Assembly (NCBI GenBank): GCA_033763895.1
Contig: JANRJQ010000004.1
Location: forward strand, 804,319-868,318
Source of the DNA: Chloroherpetonaceae bacterium
GTDB taxonomy: Bacteria > Bacteroidota > Chlorobiia > Chlorobiales > Thermochlorobacteraceae
Reading direction: 5' to 3'
Length of the DNA stretch: 64,000 bases
The position numbers were made by a program, and so were the translations under genes. Position 1 is the stretch's first letter. Each line of letters starts with the position of its first letter. Shown here in pieces: positions 1 to 10,916 of this stretch. The notes below the pieces were generated by a model. That model saw nothing but the letters and a program-made list of their open reading frames with translations, searched no databases and was not told the origin of the DNA.

Positions 1-16
1 TCGCTGCGAGCAAGGT

Positions 17-289
17 GTGATGCTTTTTGGCATTGGCCTGCTCACATTGCTTACATCACAATTTCCCGTGTTTCACCGTCAAATGCTTGTATTTATTATG
101 GCGCAACAAGTGATTAACGCGCTTAGTGCGGCGGTAGAATTGGCTTTTGGAACCATTCTCTTTCCACAGTTTTTGCTTGTGGCTTCGGTTCAAGTCATCA
201 CATTCATATTATTCTTTTTGCTTTATCCTCGGCTTCACACTTTGAACGGGTTAGAAGCGGATGTGAAGACGACTCAACCTCAACTATAA
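17..289 (+). CDS. hypothetical small membrane protein
   Basis: 90-aa ORF with hydrophobic stretches and no recognisable motif. It may be part of a gene that starts upstream of the window. Confidence 0.25.
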   Translation: MMLFGIGLLTLLTSQFPVFHRQMLVFIMAQQVINALSAAVELAFGTILFPQFLLVASVQVITFILFFLLYPRLHTLNGLEADVKTTQPQL

Positions 290-296
290 GACCGCG

Positions 297-893
297 ATGC
301 GAAGTGTGACATCGGAAGCGGAGTCGAAATCCGTGCGTCGGCAGCGTCAAGCTGTACAGGCGATATTCGTTTTTATCAACTTGGTGCTGATTGATACGCG
401 GCTTCCGAGTCTCACTTGGGCGGTCATTGGCGGCGTTTTTTGGACCGCGATCATCGTAATTACCATTACCAACGGTCCAATCGTATGCAGTTGGGTCTGT
501 TGGCTTGGGGCGGCGCAAGATTGGGCAGAGCCGCTTGCCAAAAGGCGTTGGAAACTAAGCCCAAGTTTTTGGCGTGGTTTCATGCTTGCGGTTGCGGTGC
601 TTTGGGCACCCTTTTCGTGGCTTATTCGTCCGGAGCTTTTGAATTCTATTGCGATTCCCTTTGGATTTGATTACACCGATTTGCAAGCGCATTTTTTACA
701 AGCAGGTTTTTTCCTCGTGGTTGGGTTATCGGTAGCTGTTTTAGGCAAGCGTGGGGCGTGTTTGCATTTCTGCCCACTCTTAATGGTTTCGAGAATGATG
801 CGCATGAAAAACTTTTTTTCTTCGTTACGGATACGTCAGCTTTTTGGTAAGCCTATTGTGCTCAATGCGGTTGTACCTAAAGCTGATTCATAA
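297..893 (+). CDS. polyferredoxin-like integral membrane protein (two Cys motifs)
   Basis: 198-aa ORF with several hydrophobic helices. Motifs CSWVCWLGA and CLHFCPL resemble the CxxxCPxG motifs of NapH/MauN-type membrane 4Fe-4S proteins. Confidence 0.45.
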   Translation: MRSVTSEAESKSVRRQRQAVQAIFVFINLVLIDTRLPSLTWAVIGGVFWTAIIVITITNGPIVCSWVCWLGAAQDWAEPLAKRRWKLSPSFWRGFMLAVAVLWAPFSWLIRPELLNSIAIPFGFDYTDLQAHFLQAGFFLVVGLSVAVLGKRGACLHFCPLLMVSRMMRMKNFFSSLRIRQLFGKPIVLNAVVPKADS

Positions 894-904
894 ATTTTTA
901 ACTT

Positions 905-1381
905 GTGCTTTCAAAAATTATCATCAACAATTCGCTGCAAAAAATAATGGATAACAACAAAATCAAATTGCTTTCGGCACTAATGTGGCTTTTGGCTGCG
1001 TGGGAACTCTTAAATGCTTTGGGTTCAACGGTATTCCTTAACCTTGGCGCTTCGCTTTATGGCTGGTCGGGTTATCTTGATAGTCCTTTGACGGTCAATG
1101 TCTTTCATCAATATGGAATGGTGATGTATGTATTGGCGGTTGGATATGCGATTATCGCTACGGATGTTGTCAAGTATGAAAAACTGATGTGGATGGTCGT
1201 GATTGAACAGATTGTAGGAGCCATTGTTTCAACTTACGAAGTGCTTAACGCCGAGCAGATTATCAGTTGGTCGAACTTCGCATTGGTGCATACACCACAA
1301 GGCATCATATTGGCATTGCTTTGGTTTTTAAGGCCCTCGTATGGCACAAATATTTCAGGAAAAATATCACCTGCCGCATAG
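905..1381 (+). CDS. hypothetical 4-TM membrane protein
   Basis: 158-aa ORF with a GTG start. An ATG at 947 (MDNNKIKLL) is the more likely start. Four hydrophobic segments. Confidence 0.4.
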   Translation: MLSKIIINNSLQKIMDNNKIKLLSALMWLLAAWELLNALGSTVFLNLGASLYGWSGYLDSPLTVNVFHQYGMVMYVLAVGYAIIATDVVKYEKLMWMVVIEQIVGAIVSTYEVLNAEQIISWSNFALVHTPQGIILALLWFLRPSYGTNISGKISPAA

Positions 1382-1663
1382 CACTTGCAAGGTTATTCAA
1401 TTTGGTCAAATCGCATTGGGCATTTTTCTTTTGGGAAATACCGATGCGATTTTTTCATTTTTCACTTTTTTCACCTTTCCAATTTCCTTTCTACCTTCGC
1501 GGGTTCACTCTGCCGGTTTACTTCTTTAATGTTGGAGACCTACTGATAAATCGCATCTCGATTTCAGTTTCATGATTGTATCTTTTCGGTCATTTAAACA
1601 AGATCGCTTTTTAGGTTCATTGAAAAAGGCGATAACGAATCCAATTCCATTTCAATATTTGAT

Positions 1664-3721
1664 ATGCGATTCACCGTACCATCGCTTGAAGAGTTACAAG
1701 CGAAAGCCGCTTCAACGCTAAAGCGATTTCCACTTTCGGTTACTGTTTCATTCGGGCTGTTTGTGACCACCTTCATTGCCATTGAACATGAGCCGGATAA
1801 AATTTGGATACGTACCTGTTTTGCTTTTGCCATTGCTTTGCCGCTTTCGGTAGCGTGGCATATTGCGGCAGAACAATTAATTTCGCGACTCGTAAAGACT
1901 GCTTGGGCTACCTTGCTTCTGCTTTTGCAGGGTTTTTATATCTATGCGATTTGGAACGAGGCATTTCGGAATGAGCAGTTCTTCATTCGATTTTGGCCAC
2001 TGTTTTTTGCTGCACATCTCTTTGTGGCATTCGCACCGTTTTTGACGCGTGAAACGGCGTGGGGGCAAGACTCTCGTCAAGTGACGGAATCACTTTTCTG
2101 GGAGTATAACAAAACGCTTTTCCTAAGAAGCCTCATCACAGCGCTTTATTCAGGGGTTCTTTATGTGGGTCTATCGATTGCGATTTTAGCGCTGACAAAG
2201 CTTTTTGATTTGGAAATTAAAGGCTTCCGATACGCACAGCTTTTTTTTGCTATTCTATCGATTTTCAACACGATATTTTTCCTTTCAGGTGTGCCCCGCG
2301 CGGAGCAAATTGCTCTTAAAGAATCCGCAGAATCGCCTTACCCAATTGGCCTGAAGCGCTTTACACAGTTTGTGCTCTTACCGCTCGTTGCGCTTTATCT
2401 TCTCATTCTTTATGCGTACTTGGCAAAGATTATCATTCTTTTTTCCTTACCCAAAGGGTGGGTTTCGTGGCTCGTAATTTCTTATGCCACGGCTTCAATC
2501 TTTACCTTGCTTCTCCTTTATCCCATTCGCAATAACACTGAGAATAAATGGATTCCGATTTTTTCACGATGGTTTTATGTTGCACTTTTCCCACTCATTG
2601 GGTTGCAATTGCTTTCGATTGGGCTTCGGTTGAATCAATATGGCTTAACCGAAAAGCGGTTCATCATTTTAGTGCTTTCGCTTTGGCTCCTATTCATCGC
2701 TCTTCATTATACACTCCGCTTGAAGCGATTTTCAATCAATCACAATGGAGACTTAGGTATTCGATTTATTCCGGTTTCACTTTCCATTGCCGTTGTTTTG
2801 ATTGCCTTTTTAGCCATTCCAATGAGCTATCAAAGCCAATGGGGACGATTGAAATCACTCATGAGTGCAAATGGATTGCTTCTTAACGGAGAGCTTCAGT
2901 TTATTTTACCCGAGCGGGATCAATCAATTTCCGAAAGAGACCGAAGAGAGCTTTTTGAGACCGTATCTTATTTAAGATCATATCATTCTCTTTCAGCGAT
3001 TTCAGAGTTTATTCCGAAAGAGAAGAAGGCTACCTTTGCAGAAGTGGGTATTTCTTCAGATCAAAAAGAGTGGGATGATGGCCAATCATCGATACTAGAA
3101 TCTTTAGGCGTTTCCCCAACGCCATCAATGAACGGCTTTTTTTATTTCGACTTTTTTTCTTCCATACCTCGCATTCCTTTGAAAGGATACCAAGAGGGCA
3201 TTTTTTTAAGGGATACTTTTGAACAGGAATTCGGAAAGGATTCGATTCCAAGGTTTCGCTTTAAGGCCCAATTGCCAGATACTTCGGTTTCAATCGCAAT
3301 CGAAAATTCTGATCTTCTTTTCTTTCATACTTCAACCCAATCCGTTACCGGTGATTCTCTTATTTTGAGATATAGCCTACTTCCATTTATTGAAAAGTAT
3401 GCCGTTCAGTCACGGACAACCACAAAATCTTTTGAAACAGATTCCTCTCAGCTGATTTATTTACCTGAGGTAAAGTGTATGGAAATGATGCTCTTTATTG
3501 AATCTTTGAATGGAAATCGACTCTCTGTTGAGCGCTTATCGAATTCAGCAAGGAACGCCCAATCAGCTATGACCGATATATCTGAAGAAGAGAGCCCGAT
3601 TTTTCAAGGCGAGAGAAGCGCGAGCAATAACCCTTCTGTTCGTGAAATCATTCGAATTCAATCGCTTAAAGGAATTCTATTTTTGAAACCTCATCTTTCG
3701 AAAGAAGGGAAGACGCTGTGA
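1664..3721 (+). CDS. large polytopic membrane protein (DUF4153-like) with soluble C-terminal region
   Basis: 685-aa ORF. The N-terminal 400 aa or so has many TM helices and the C-terminal 280 aa or so is hydrophilic. Its stop overlaps the next gene's start (GTGA). Confidence 0.6.
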   Translation: MRFTVPSLEELQAKAASTLKRFPLSVTVSFGLFVTTFIAIEHEPDKIWIRTCFAFAIALPLSVAWHIAAEQLISRLVKTAWATLLLLLQGFYIYAIWNEAFRNEQFFIRFWPLFFAAHLFVAFAPFLTRETAWGQDSRQVTESLFWEYNKTLFLRSLITALYSGVLYVGLSIAILALTKLFDLEIKGFRYAQLFFAILSIFNTIFFLSGVPRAEQIALKESAESPYPIGLKRFTQFVLLPLVALYLLILYAYLAKIIILFSLPKGWVSWLVISYATASIFTLLLLYPIRNNTENKWIPIFSRWFYVALFPLIGLQLLSIGLRLNQYGLTEKRFIILVLSLWLLFIALHYTLRLKRFSINHNGDLGIRFIPVSLSIAVVLIAFLAIPMSYQSQWGRLKSLMSANGLLLNGELQFILPERDQSISERDRRELFETVSYLRSYHSLSAISEFIPKEKKATFAEVGISSDQKEWDDGQSSILESLGVSPTPSMNGFFYFDFFSSIPRIPLKGYQEGIFLRDTFEQEFGKDSIPRFRFKAQLPDTSVSIAIENSDLLFFHTSTQSVTGDSLILRYSLLPFIEKYAVQSRTTTKSFETDSSQLIYLPEVKCMEMMLFIESLNGNRLSVERLSNSARNAQSAMTDISEEESPIFQGERSASNNPSVREIIRIQSLKGILFLKPHLSKEGKTL

Positions 3722-5064
3722 GGGCTTATTTTCGCCACATTGCCGGATTTCAGAGAGATGCAAAAATATTTCTTCTTGGCTCCTTTCTCTTTTCGACCGG
3801 CACGGCCATTAATGATTTACTTTTCAATCTGTATTTAAAGGAACGTGGACTCAAAGAGTCCTTTATCGGTAGTTCAGTCAGCACCCTTGCGTTGGGAATT
3901 ATGCTAATGGCCATACCCTCGGCATTTATGGCCAAGCGATTTAGCCCCCGAAGAATGCTTATTTTTTGCGCGGCTTTTGAAGCATTTCTTTATTCCGCTC
4001 GTGCGGCTTCGTCAAACCCGATTTCGATTCCAATTTACAATGTTTTGATTGGGGCGGCAGGTGCATCGTTGCGAATTCTACCGGCGTCGGTCATGATGAC
4101 TTTGGCCGAAAAGCATGAGCGCCCTTACCTCTTTGGGCTTAATTCCGCATTTCAGATGGCAGGGTTAATGGTTGGTAATTTTCTTGGTGGATACTCGCCT
4201 GAAACATTTTTTTGGATCTTATCTGCTATCCTATTCCCCATTTCTTCAGTTGCATCTTATCAATTAGGTCTTGCTTTATCCACCGTGGTGATGCTTGCTT
4301 CTTCAGCAGTCTTTTCAAAGCTACACGCTGAGCGGAATCCATTGCCGATGAACTTCGTTGCCAATAACCCTCAAAAGACCTTCGTGAAATTGCAGGCGAT
4401 TCCTCTTTTTTTTCAAAGAGTGGTTTTGGGTGTTCAAGTTCCGTTTAAGATTTTTCATCACGTTTATGGTGATATCAAATCGAATTGGCCGGAAAGGCAC
4501 ACACGAAAGGCATTGGTCAGCATTATTTTCCCGCATACACTTGTCGCAATTGGCGCCGGCGCTACAATTCCTTTTATCCCACTTTTTTTGAAAACTGATT
4601 TTATGCTCAGCCCTTCTACGATCGGAAGCATTATGAGCGGAGTGCAAGCAGCTGTATCGCTTGGGTATGTGGCTTCACCACTCGTGACAAAGCGGCTCGG
4701 TGTACTACGGAGCATTATTGTGGTTCAAGCAGCCTCATTGCCGTTTATGGCGATCGTGGGTTTTGGGGAGTCTCTCATTTGGGCTGTATTTGCTTTGGGA
4801 TTTCGCAATGTACTGATGAATATGTCTTCCCCGTTTATCGACCAGTACAATATGGAATCGGTTCATGAATCGCAGCGGCAGTTAATCAGCAGTTTAGATC
4901 ATTTTCTTTGGAATGCGGCGTGGAGCGTGATGCCTTTTATTGCTGGGTTTGTGATTGAATGGGTTGGCTACGAACCGCTTTTTGCCTTTACGATTGTGCT
5001 TTATGCGGCATCAAGCCTTCTTTATTACCGGCGGTATCGCGAGCGACATCTTATTCATTTGTAA
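3718..5064 (+). CDS. MFS-type transporter
   Basis: 448-aa ORF with about 12 hydrophobic helices in a 6+6 arrangement and a central loop, which is typical major-facilitator architecture. It overlaps the upstream gene by 4 nt. Confidence 0.65.
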   Translation: MRAYFRHIAGFQRDAKIFLLGSFLFSTGTAINDLLFNLYLKERGLKESFIGSSVSTLALGIMLMAIPSAFMAKRFSPRRMLIFCAAFEAFLYSARAASSNPISIPIYNVLIGAAGASLRILPASVMMTLAEKHERPYLFGLNSAFQMAGLMVGNFLGGYSPETFFWILSAILFPISSVASYQLGLALSTVVMLASSAVFSKLHAERNPLPMNFVANNPQKTFVKLQAIPLFFQRVVLGVQVPFKIFHHVYGDIKSNWPERHTRKALVSIIFPHTLVAIGAGATIPFIPLFLKTDFMLSPSTIGSIMSGVQAAVSLGYVASPLVTKRLGVLRSIIVVQAASLPFMAIVGFGESLIWAVFALGFRNVLMNMSSPFIDQYNMESVHESQRQLISSLDHFLWNAAWSVMPFIAGFVIEWVGYEPLFAFTIVLYAASSLLYYRRYRERHLIHL

Positions 5065-5214
5065 TTTCAACCTAATTCTCTTGCAATTTTGGATTAAGAA
5101 ACACCTACGTGGTGAGACACCGTATGCGTTAAAAAAAATCGATGGGCTTAATGAAAATCCAGTAAATTTGCCTGTCGCTGCATTTTCTCAATTCACTTAA
5201 TTCGAAACCAATTT

Positions 5215-6882
5215 ATGAAGTTACGTTACTTACACTCGCTTCTCTCCTTGGGGTTTTTGTTTCTTGTACTTTTCACCACTTCTTTTTCGCCACTTTTTGC
5301 TCAAGAACGCAAGTATGTGCGTAAATCGGTGACCTCGCTTGGCACGGTGATTGTCAAAAAAGGCAATCCGGATGTTAAGATTATCAGTTCTCGATTGAAG
5401 GCCAATATTGAACTGCCGCGCTTCGATTACAACCAAATCTCTGAATCGGCTTCTCAGGAATTCGTGGCGAAAATTCGCAACTCCGATTACTCCGAAAAAG
5501 CCATCACCACTGCTTTGGAGCAAACCGTGATGCCCAAAATTCTTGCCGTGGTAAAGGCTGTGGCAGAAGAACGCGCAAAGGGCAACCTTTCAGAAGAAGC
5601 ACTTGCACGTGCAGCCGTTGAGAAGCTTAAGGGTTCCGGACTTACGGCTGCCGATATTCAGCAAGTCTTAAACTCTGCCTACCTTTATTTGCCCGTCGTT
5701 ACTGATTACACCGAGTCAACAAGTGAAGGAAGCGTTTCGGTCAATCTGGAGGGTTATGTTTTATGGTTTAAGGTTGTAGAAGACCAAAACCGCGTCATAG
5801 CATTGGAATCTGCGCCTGAACCAGAGTCGGGAAATTCATCAGCCAAAGTTTCTGATATGTATTCGATCAAAAATCGTCAGGTCGATGGTACAACTTATGC
5901 CCGTTTGCTTTCAGCCAATACTTGGGCAAAAAATATTGCTCAGGCAATGAAGAAGATTCCTGATTTCAAGTTAGCGGGCGGTGTTCGTTCGGTAGAAGGA
6001 AATAAATTTACCACCGGACTCGGCACTCGTGAAGGTGTAGGACTTGATGACGGTTTTGAAGTCTATCAAGAAGAAGAGGATGAATCGGGAAAAGCCGTAT
6101 TTAAGCGTGTCGGTTTTGCACGTGTTGAAAAGGTGGGCGATAACACCAGTTCTTCTGCTTTGCTTTCTGAATTGAAAAATTATATTGGCCGCGCCGAAGA
6201 AGGACAAACGCTTAATGAACACCCGCAATTGGGAATTGATGTCGTGGTTCGCCCAAAGTATGGCGCCACAAAAGTTCCCGAAGTCGCAACCTTTGATGCC
6301 ATTAGCTCACAAGCAGATTCTTACTTTGGAGTTGAATTGGGGATTTGGTTTAACGCTGCAAAAATTACCGGATCAACACAACTTTTCTTTGTCGTTGATT
6401 TAGGTGGAGGAATCCTGAATGCCTCTTACTCCAGTTCTACCATTGAGGTTACTCCCCTTGTTGGAACAGCGTATGCCGGTGTTGTGAAAAAATTCTGGTT
6501 TGGAAGAGCCAACTTTAATCTTGGTGGTTATGCCGGTGTGGATGCGCTCTACTTGATGGCAAACGGAAATCTTTTCGATGTATTCCGTGAAGTTGAAAGT
6601 GTTACCATTGCTTCACCCGGAATTCGCCTCGATGCCGGTTTAGAATATCTCTTTAACCCAGACCTTAGCATTGGCGTTACAGCACAATACAAGCTTGGCT
6701 TTGATGCATTTTTAGGTGAAATCAAATATAAAAACGGTGATACACGGCAAATCGTTAATGATTCACGATTCAAGGATGTGAATTTCAGCGGTCTCTCTTT
6801 CGGGGCTTATGTGAGTTTCTCACTGCCGTCTTTAAGCACCGATGTGATGGAAGGTTTAACCGCTCAATCCATTGAGTATTGA
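5215..6882 (+). CDS. secreted/outer-membrane-associated hypothetical protein
   Basis: 555-aa ORF with an N-terminal signal peptide (LGFLFLVLFTTSFSPLFAQ). The C-terminal third has alternating Gly/aromatic beta-strand-like segments. Confidence 0.6.
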   Translation: MKLRYLHSLLSLGFLFLVLFTTSFSPLFAQERKYVRKSVTSLGTVIVKKGNPDVKIISSRLKANIELPRFDYNQISESASQEFVAKIRNSDYSEKAITTALEQTVMPKILAVVKAVAEERAKGNLSEEALARAAVEKLKGSGLTAADIQQVLNSAYLYLPVVTDYTESTSEGSVSVNLEGYVLWFKVVEDQNRVIALESAPEPESGNSSAKVSDMYSIKNRQVDGTTYARLLSANTWAKNIAQAMKKIPDFKLAGGVRSVEGNKFTTGLGTREGVGLDDGFEVYQEEEDESGKAVFKRVGFARVEKVGDNTSSSALLSELKNYIGRAEEGQTLNEHPQLGIDVVVRPKYGATKVPEVATFDAISSQADSYFGVELGIWFNAAKITGSTQLFFVVDLGGGILNASYSSSTIEVTPLVGTAYAGVVKKFWFGRANFNLGGYAGVDALYLMANGNLFDVFREVESVTIASPGIRLDAGLEYLFNPDLSIGVTAQYKLGFDAFLGEIKYKNGDTRQIVNDSRFKDVNFSGLSFGAYVSFSLPSLSTDVMEGLTAQSIEY

Positions 6883-6913
6883 GCGTTTCTATCTTTTTGA
6901 TTTATTCAAGTAA

Positions 6914-6945
6914 GGCGAGCATTTTCAGCTCGCCTTTTCTTTTTC
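6914..6945 (+). terminator. rho-independent terminator
   Basis: GGCGAGC-attttca-GCTCGCC followed by TTTTCTTTTTC, 32 nt after the stop at 6882. Confidence 0.75.
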
Positions 6946-7071
6946 TTGTTTACAACGCTATCGATTTCGAAATTGAGTTTAATTCTTCACGAAAACCTTA
7001 TTTTCTTTTCCTATCGGTTTTATTATCGGTTTAAAATTGAATCCATTCATCTTTAATATTGGCTTTCATTC

Positions 7072-8169
7072 ATGACGATGTTAACACCAAGAAATGGCTT
7101 TTCCGGCGATATCGAAACCTTCTTAGTTCAAACCCTTATCGAGCGGTTTGGCCCGAATCATGAATGGGATACCGAGCGCGTGTATCTAAACCGCGTCCCT
7201 GATTTGAATGGCTTTATGCCTGCAAATATCTTATTGGTATTACAACACTGCTTTATTCAAAATCAAGCGTTAAATGATCATATTGAAAAAGCAAAGCACA
7301 GACTTTTAGCTTATCGAAAGGGTCATTTAGCCTATTACTGGCCGTTTAATGATGGGCGTTCTACCATTCCCAATGCACCAACTTTATCCAAGTTTGAGTT
7401 TCTCACACTTTCACCCGATGCTGATGATACAACGGTGCAACAATTGGTCCTTCATGAAACGCAATTTTTTGAACCAATCTTAAATGAATTGGCATTTTAC
7501 CGATGCGATGAAATTAACTTCATTCCACCTAATCCGCAGCGAATCTTAGGCAATTGGAATGGCGCTTACTTGGCTTGGTTTCCTGAAAGGGAACGGTGTT
7601 CATTAGGTAAAATTGAAACGCTGGATTTGGGAGTATCTGCCAACATTTTATGGTTTCTTTCCCGTTTTGGATTTACAAATCATGAGGGGGCACAAGAAAC
7701 CGCAGGTTGGATAAAGCATATCTTAAAAAATGAGTTCATCCTTTCGCACCCGTTCTTTCTTACTCGGTATTACCCTGTTCCTTTGCTGCAACTCTACATT
7801 TTAGCGCGTGCTGTGGATTTAGGTCAGTTGGTAAAGGCTGGTTTTTTCAGTGATGAAGACATCGAGATGATGAAAAGATTATTTAAAAAAATGGTTCCGA
7901 GGTCGCGATACGAGTCTCTCTTAACCCTTGCAACAGCCATTCATCTGAACGACCGCGAGACCTTTTCGAAACTTCGTCACATCCTTCAATCACCAATTCT
8001 TGATTCAGGAATCTACTTTGCAGCCCCGCTGGTCCCTATCGTAACCTATCAGAATCCAATTTTTGCTTTTTTAGCCAAACAACCCTTTATGAGATTTCGC
8101 TTTGAAAGCATTGCACTTTCCGCAGCCATACACCTCTGGTGCCTTCAAGCCGCAAAGCAGCGGTTTTAA
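7072..8169 (+). CDS. hypothetical protein (contains DADDT motif)
   Basis: 365-aa ORF with no signal peptide. It looks helix-rich and contains SPDADDTT at residues 114-121. Confidence 0.55.
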   Translation: MTMLTPRNGFSGDIETFLVQTLIERFGPNHEWDTERVYLNRVPDLNGFMPANILLVLQHCFIQNQALNDHIEKAKHRLLAYRKGHLAYYWPFNDGRSTIPNAPTLSKFEFLTLSPDADDTTVQQLVLHETQFFEPILNELAFYRCDEINFIPPNPQRILGNWNGAYLAWFPERERCSLGKIETLDLGVSANILWFLSRFGFTNHEGAQETAGWIKHILKNEFILSHPFFLTRYYPVPLLQLYILARAVDLGQLVKAGFFSDEDIEMMKRLFKKMVPRSRYESLLTLATAIHLNDRETFSKLRHILQSPILDSGIYFAAPLVPIVTYQNPIFAFLAKQPFMRFRFESIALSAAIHLWCLQAAKQRF

Positions 8170-8274
8170 TCGTAAATTTAGCCCTCGTAAAAAAACCCAA
8201 AACTTTTTAATTAGGCTTGGCGTAAATTCACTGACCGTCGGTCATTCTGCCGGCCAAATAACTATTGTATCATC

Positions 8275-10860
8275 ATGACCAATTCGTTAAAAGATCCGTG
8301 GAGCGTTGAGCGTTTACCCGAACAACCCACACCGAATGCTCACTCTGCACCAAAAAATGGGAATCATCTTAACACCAACGGTGCGGCTAAAAAATTGTTA
8401 ACCTCCATTAAAGTTGATTTAGAAAAAAATACCGACGCTCACACGCTATTTCACTTTCCTTTTAAAACCTCTCTATCGCTCTCACCGCTTGTGGCGTATT
8501 GGGAAAAATTCGCCGAGCGTGACGATGCCATCCGAAATACATTAGGCAAAAGCATCCACCGAGAGATAAAGAAAATTCCCGAACTCCTGCTGCCCATTGA
8601 TTCAGATAATAAAGCGGAGCTTGAGGCATTTTTAGAACGCTTTGAAAATCATCGAGGCCTTTTGGATACAATGTTCTCTGTTGTTTTCCCTCCTGTTTCT
8701 TGGGAAAGCGATTATATGGCAGCCTTTATCCCGTTTAATTTCCAATCATTTTATGCGACACCTCCTTATGAAAAAATGATTCGTAAAAATGGCGGCATTC
8801 AGTCGTGGCTCAATCTCAACGAATCGGAAATGTCTTATGGCCGCGAACTCAAAGCCTTTACCCATATCGCAAAACAGATTTATGGCCTTGACATTCAAGA
8901 ATTTCAATACCCGTTTATTTTCAGAATCATCGACCCTGATACTTTGCTTGATCGGTATTTCCGCGCTTCTATCAATACCCGCTTCTGCGAAATTATCGCC
9001 CACGGCCCTGTCAAGCCACTGACCGAAACTGAAAAAAAACGTCTTTTTGCTAACCTTTCAGATTTAAATGTTTGGCGCGAACTCATCCCGCGCGAACAAT
9101 TTGAATTCCGTGGCTTTACCATTGTCAGTGCTCTGGATGTTACTGATCAGGAAGTGATTTCGGGGTTAAAACGAGACCTCATCGAGAAGGAATCCATCGT
9201 CTCCAATGCCCGTTTTGCAAGCCTTCGCCAATATATTCGTGCACTTATGAATAAGCCCGACTTACGAATGGCACTTGCTTCCGTCAATAAAGATGTGGTT
9301 ACCGTTCTTAATTATAATTGTGAAAATGCCGATGAGGAACTTGAAGCGCTTAGGAAAAAAAATTCTCCTGCACTTCGCTTCAGCATTTCAGAGCTGAAAG
9401 ATTCCATCCACTCAAAAGCCGTTTTGGAATCGCGTCCAATTTTAATAGAAGATATTCATGACATTCCCACAGAAAATCATTGTGACTCGCTCAAGAAGCT
9501 TTTTATTAAAGGGGTTCGCAATGTCTTTATCGCTCCGCTTCATTACCAAGGTGATGTGATCGGCGCACTGGAAATCTCTTCGCCCAATGCCGGAGATATC
9601 AACCCCATCAATGTGGTACGGCTCAAAGAAGTACTTCCGCTCTTTTCAATGGCAGTTAAACGCGCCAACGAAGAAAGCAACACCGAGCTGCAAGCGGTGA
9701 TTCGTGAAAAATTTACGGTGATTCACCCTTCTGTGGAGTGGCGATTTCAAGAGGCCGCTGAAGCGTGGATCGCTCGGCAGAACACTGGAATGAATTCCGA
9801 TTTGGACGAAATCATCTTCCGCGATGTTTACCCACTTTACGGCGTTTCAGATATTCGCAATTCCTCTTTGCTTCGCAATGCCGCCATTCAAGCCGATATG
9901 ATTCGGCAAATGCAGCTCGCCAAAGAGATTCTTGAAATGGCAGAAAAAGTAAAGCCTTTGCCGCTGATTCAAGAAATGATTTTTCATCTCAATTCTAAAA
10001 TGGATGGTTTTAAGAAGAGCTTAAGTTCGGGCGACGAAGGCTCAGCAATTGAGTTTTTGAAACATAAAATTGAAACCTTTTTCCCCGAAGCCGAAAGATT
10101 TTCAAAACCCATTAAATCTAAAATCGAAGCCTATCGATCACTTATTGATCCGCGGCTTGGGTTACTCTATGACAAGCGCAAAGCATTTGATGAAAGCGTT
10201 GCTTCGCTCTCCGAAGCGATCGCTCGATATTTCGATCATGAGCAAGATGCCGCGCAAAAAATGTTCCCGCATTATTACGAGCGTCATAAAACTGATGGGG
10301 TTGACCATACAATGTATATCGGCGCATCGATCTGCCCCGACGGCCGTTTCGACCCGCTTTATGCTCGCAACCTGCGGCTGTGGCAACTCATGACAATTTG
10401 CGGGGTCGCACGCCTTTCCGATCGAATGAAAGAAACACTTACGGTTCCGCTTGATACCGCGCACTTGATTTTAGTTCAAAGCGCACCGCTATCCATTCGA
10501 TTTCATATCGATGAAAAGCAATTTGATGTGGATGGTACTTATAACATTCGTTATGAGATTATGAAGAAACGCATCGATAAAGCTGTGGTGAAAGGCGAAT
10601 CGCAGCGCGTCACGCAGCCGGGGCGAATTGCCATCATTTACTCTCAGCAGCGGGAGATTGCTGAATACCGTGAAATGATTCAGTATCTTCAAAACATCTG
10701 CTTCCTTCAAAAGGAAGTGGAAGAATTGGAATTGGAAGATATGCAGGGCGTTCACGGACTTAAGGCGCTGCGTGTTACGGTCAATCTTTCGCTCAGAAAA
10801 GAAACGGAGACCTTTCATAGCTTGATTTCTTCGTTCAAAACCAGCCTTCCAGTTGAATAA
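8275..10860 (+). CDS. large GAF-domain-containing protein, function unknown
   Basis: 861-aa ORF. The central segment (LIEDIHDIPTENHCDSLKKLFIKGVRNVFIAPLHYQGDVIGALEISS) fits the GAF pattern. I do not recognise the rest. Confidence 0.6.
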   Translation: MTNSLKDPWSVERLPEQPTPNAHSAPKNGNHLNTNGAAKKLLTSIKVDLEKNTDAHTLFHFPFKTSLSLSPLVAYWEKFAERDDAIRNTLGKSIHREIKKIPELLLPIDSDNKAELEAFLERFENHRGLLDTMFSVVFPPVSWESDYMAAFIPFNFQSFYATPPYEKMIRKNGGIQSWLNLNESEMSYGRELKAFTHIAKQIYGLDIQEFQYPFIFRIIDPDTLLDRYFRASINTRFCEIIAHGPVKPLTETEKKRLFANLSDLNVWRELIPREQFEFRGFTIVSALDVTDQEVISGLKRDLIEKESIVSNARFASLRQYIRALMNKPDLRMALASVNKDVVTVLNYNCENADEELEALRKKNSPALRFSISELKDSIHSKAVLESRPILIEDIHDIPTENHCDSLKKLFIKGVRNVFIAPLHYQGDVIGALEISSPNAGDINPINVVRLKEVLPLFSMAVKRANEESNTELQAVIREKFTVIHPSVEWRFQEAAEAWIARQNTGMNSDLDEIIFRDVYPLYGVSDIRNSSLLRNAAIQADMIRQMQLAKEILEMAEKVKPLPLIQEMIFHLNSKMDGFKKSLSSGDEGSAIEFLKHKIETFFPEAERFSKPIKSKIEAYRSLIDPRLGLLYDKRKAFDESVASLSEAIARYFDHEQDAAQKMFPHYYERHKTDGVDHTMYIGASICPDGRFDPLYARNLRLWQLMTICGVARLSDRMKETLTVPLDTAHLILVQSAPLSIRFHIDEKQFDVDGTYNIRYEIMKKRIDKAVVKGESQRVTQPGRIAIIYSQQREIAEYREMIQYLQNICFLQKEVEELELEDMQGVHGLKALRVTVNLSLRKETETFHSLISSFKTSLPVE

Positions 10861-10916
10861 TTTTTTTTATACGATTGGAAATCGCAGCAAACCATTGACT
10901 TATCTGCCGGTAAATT

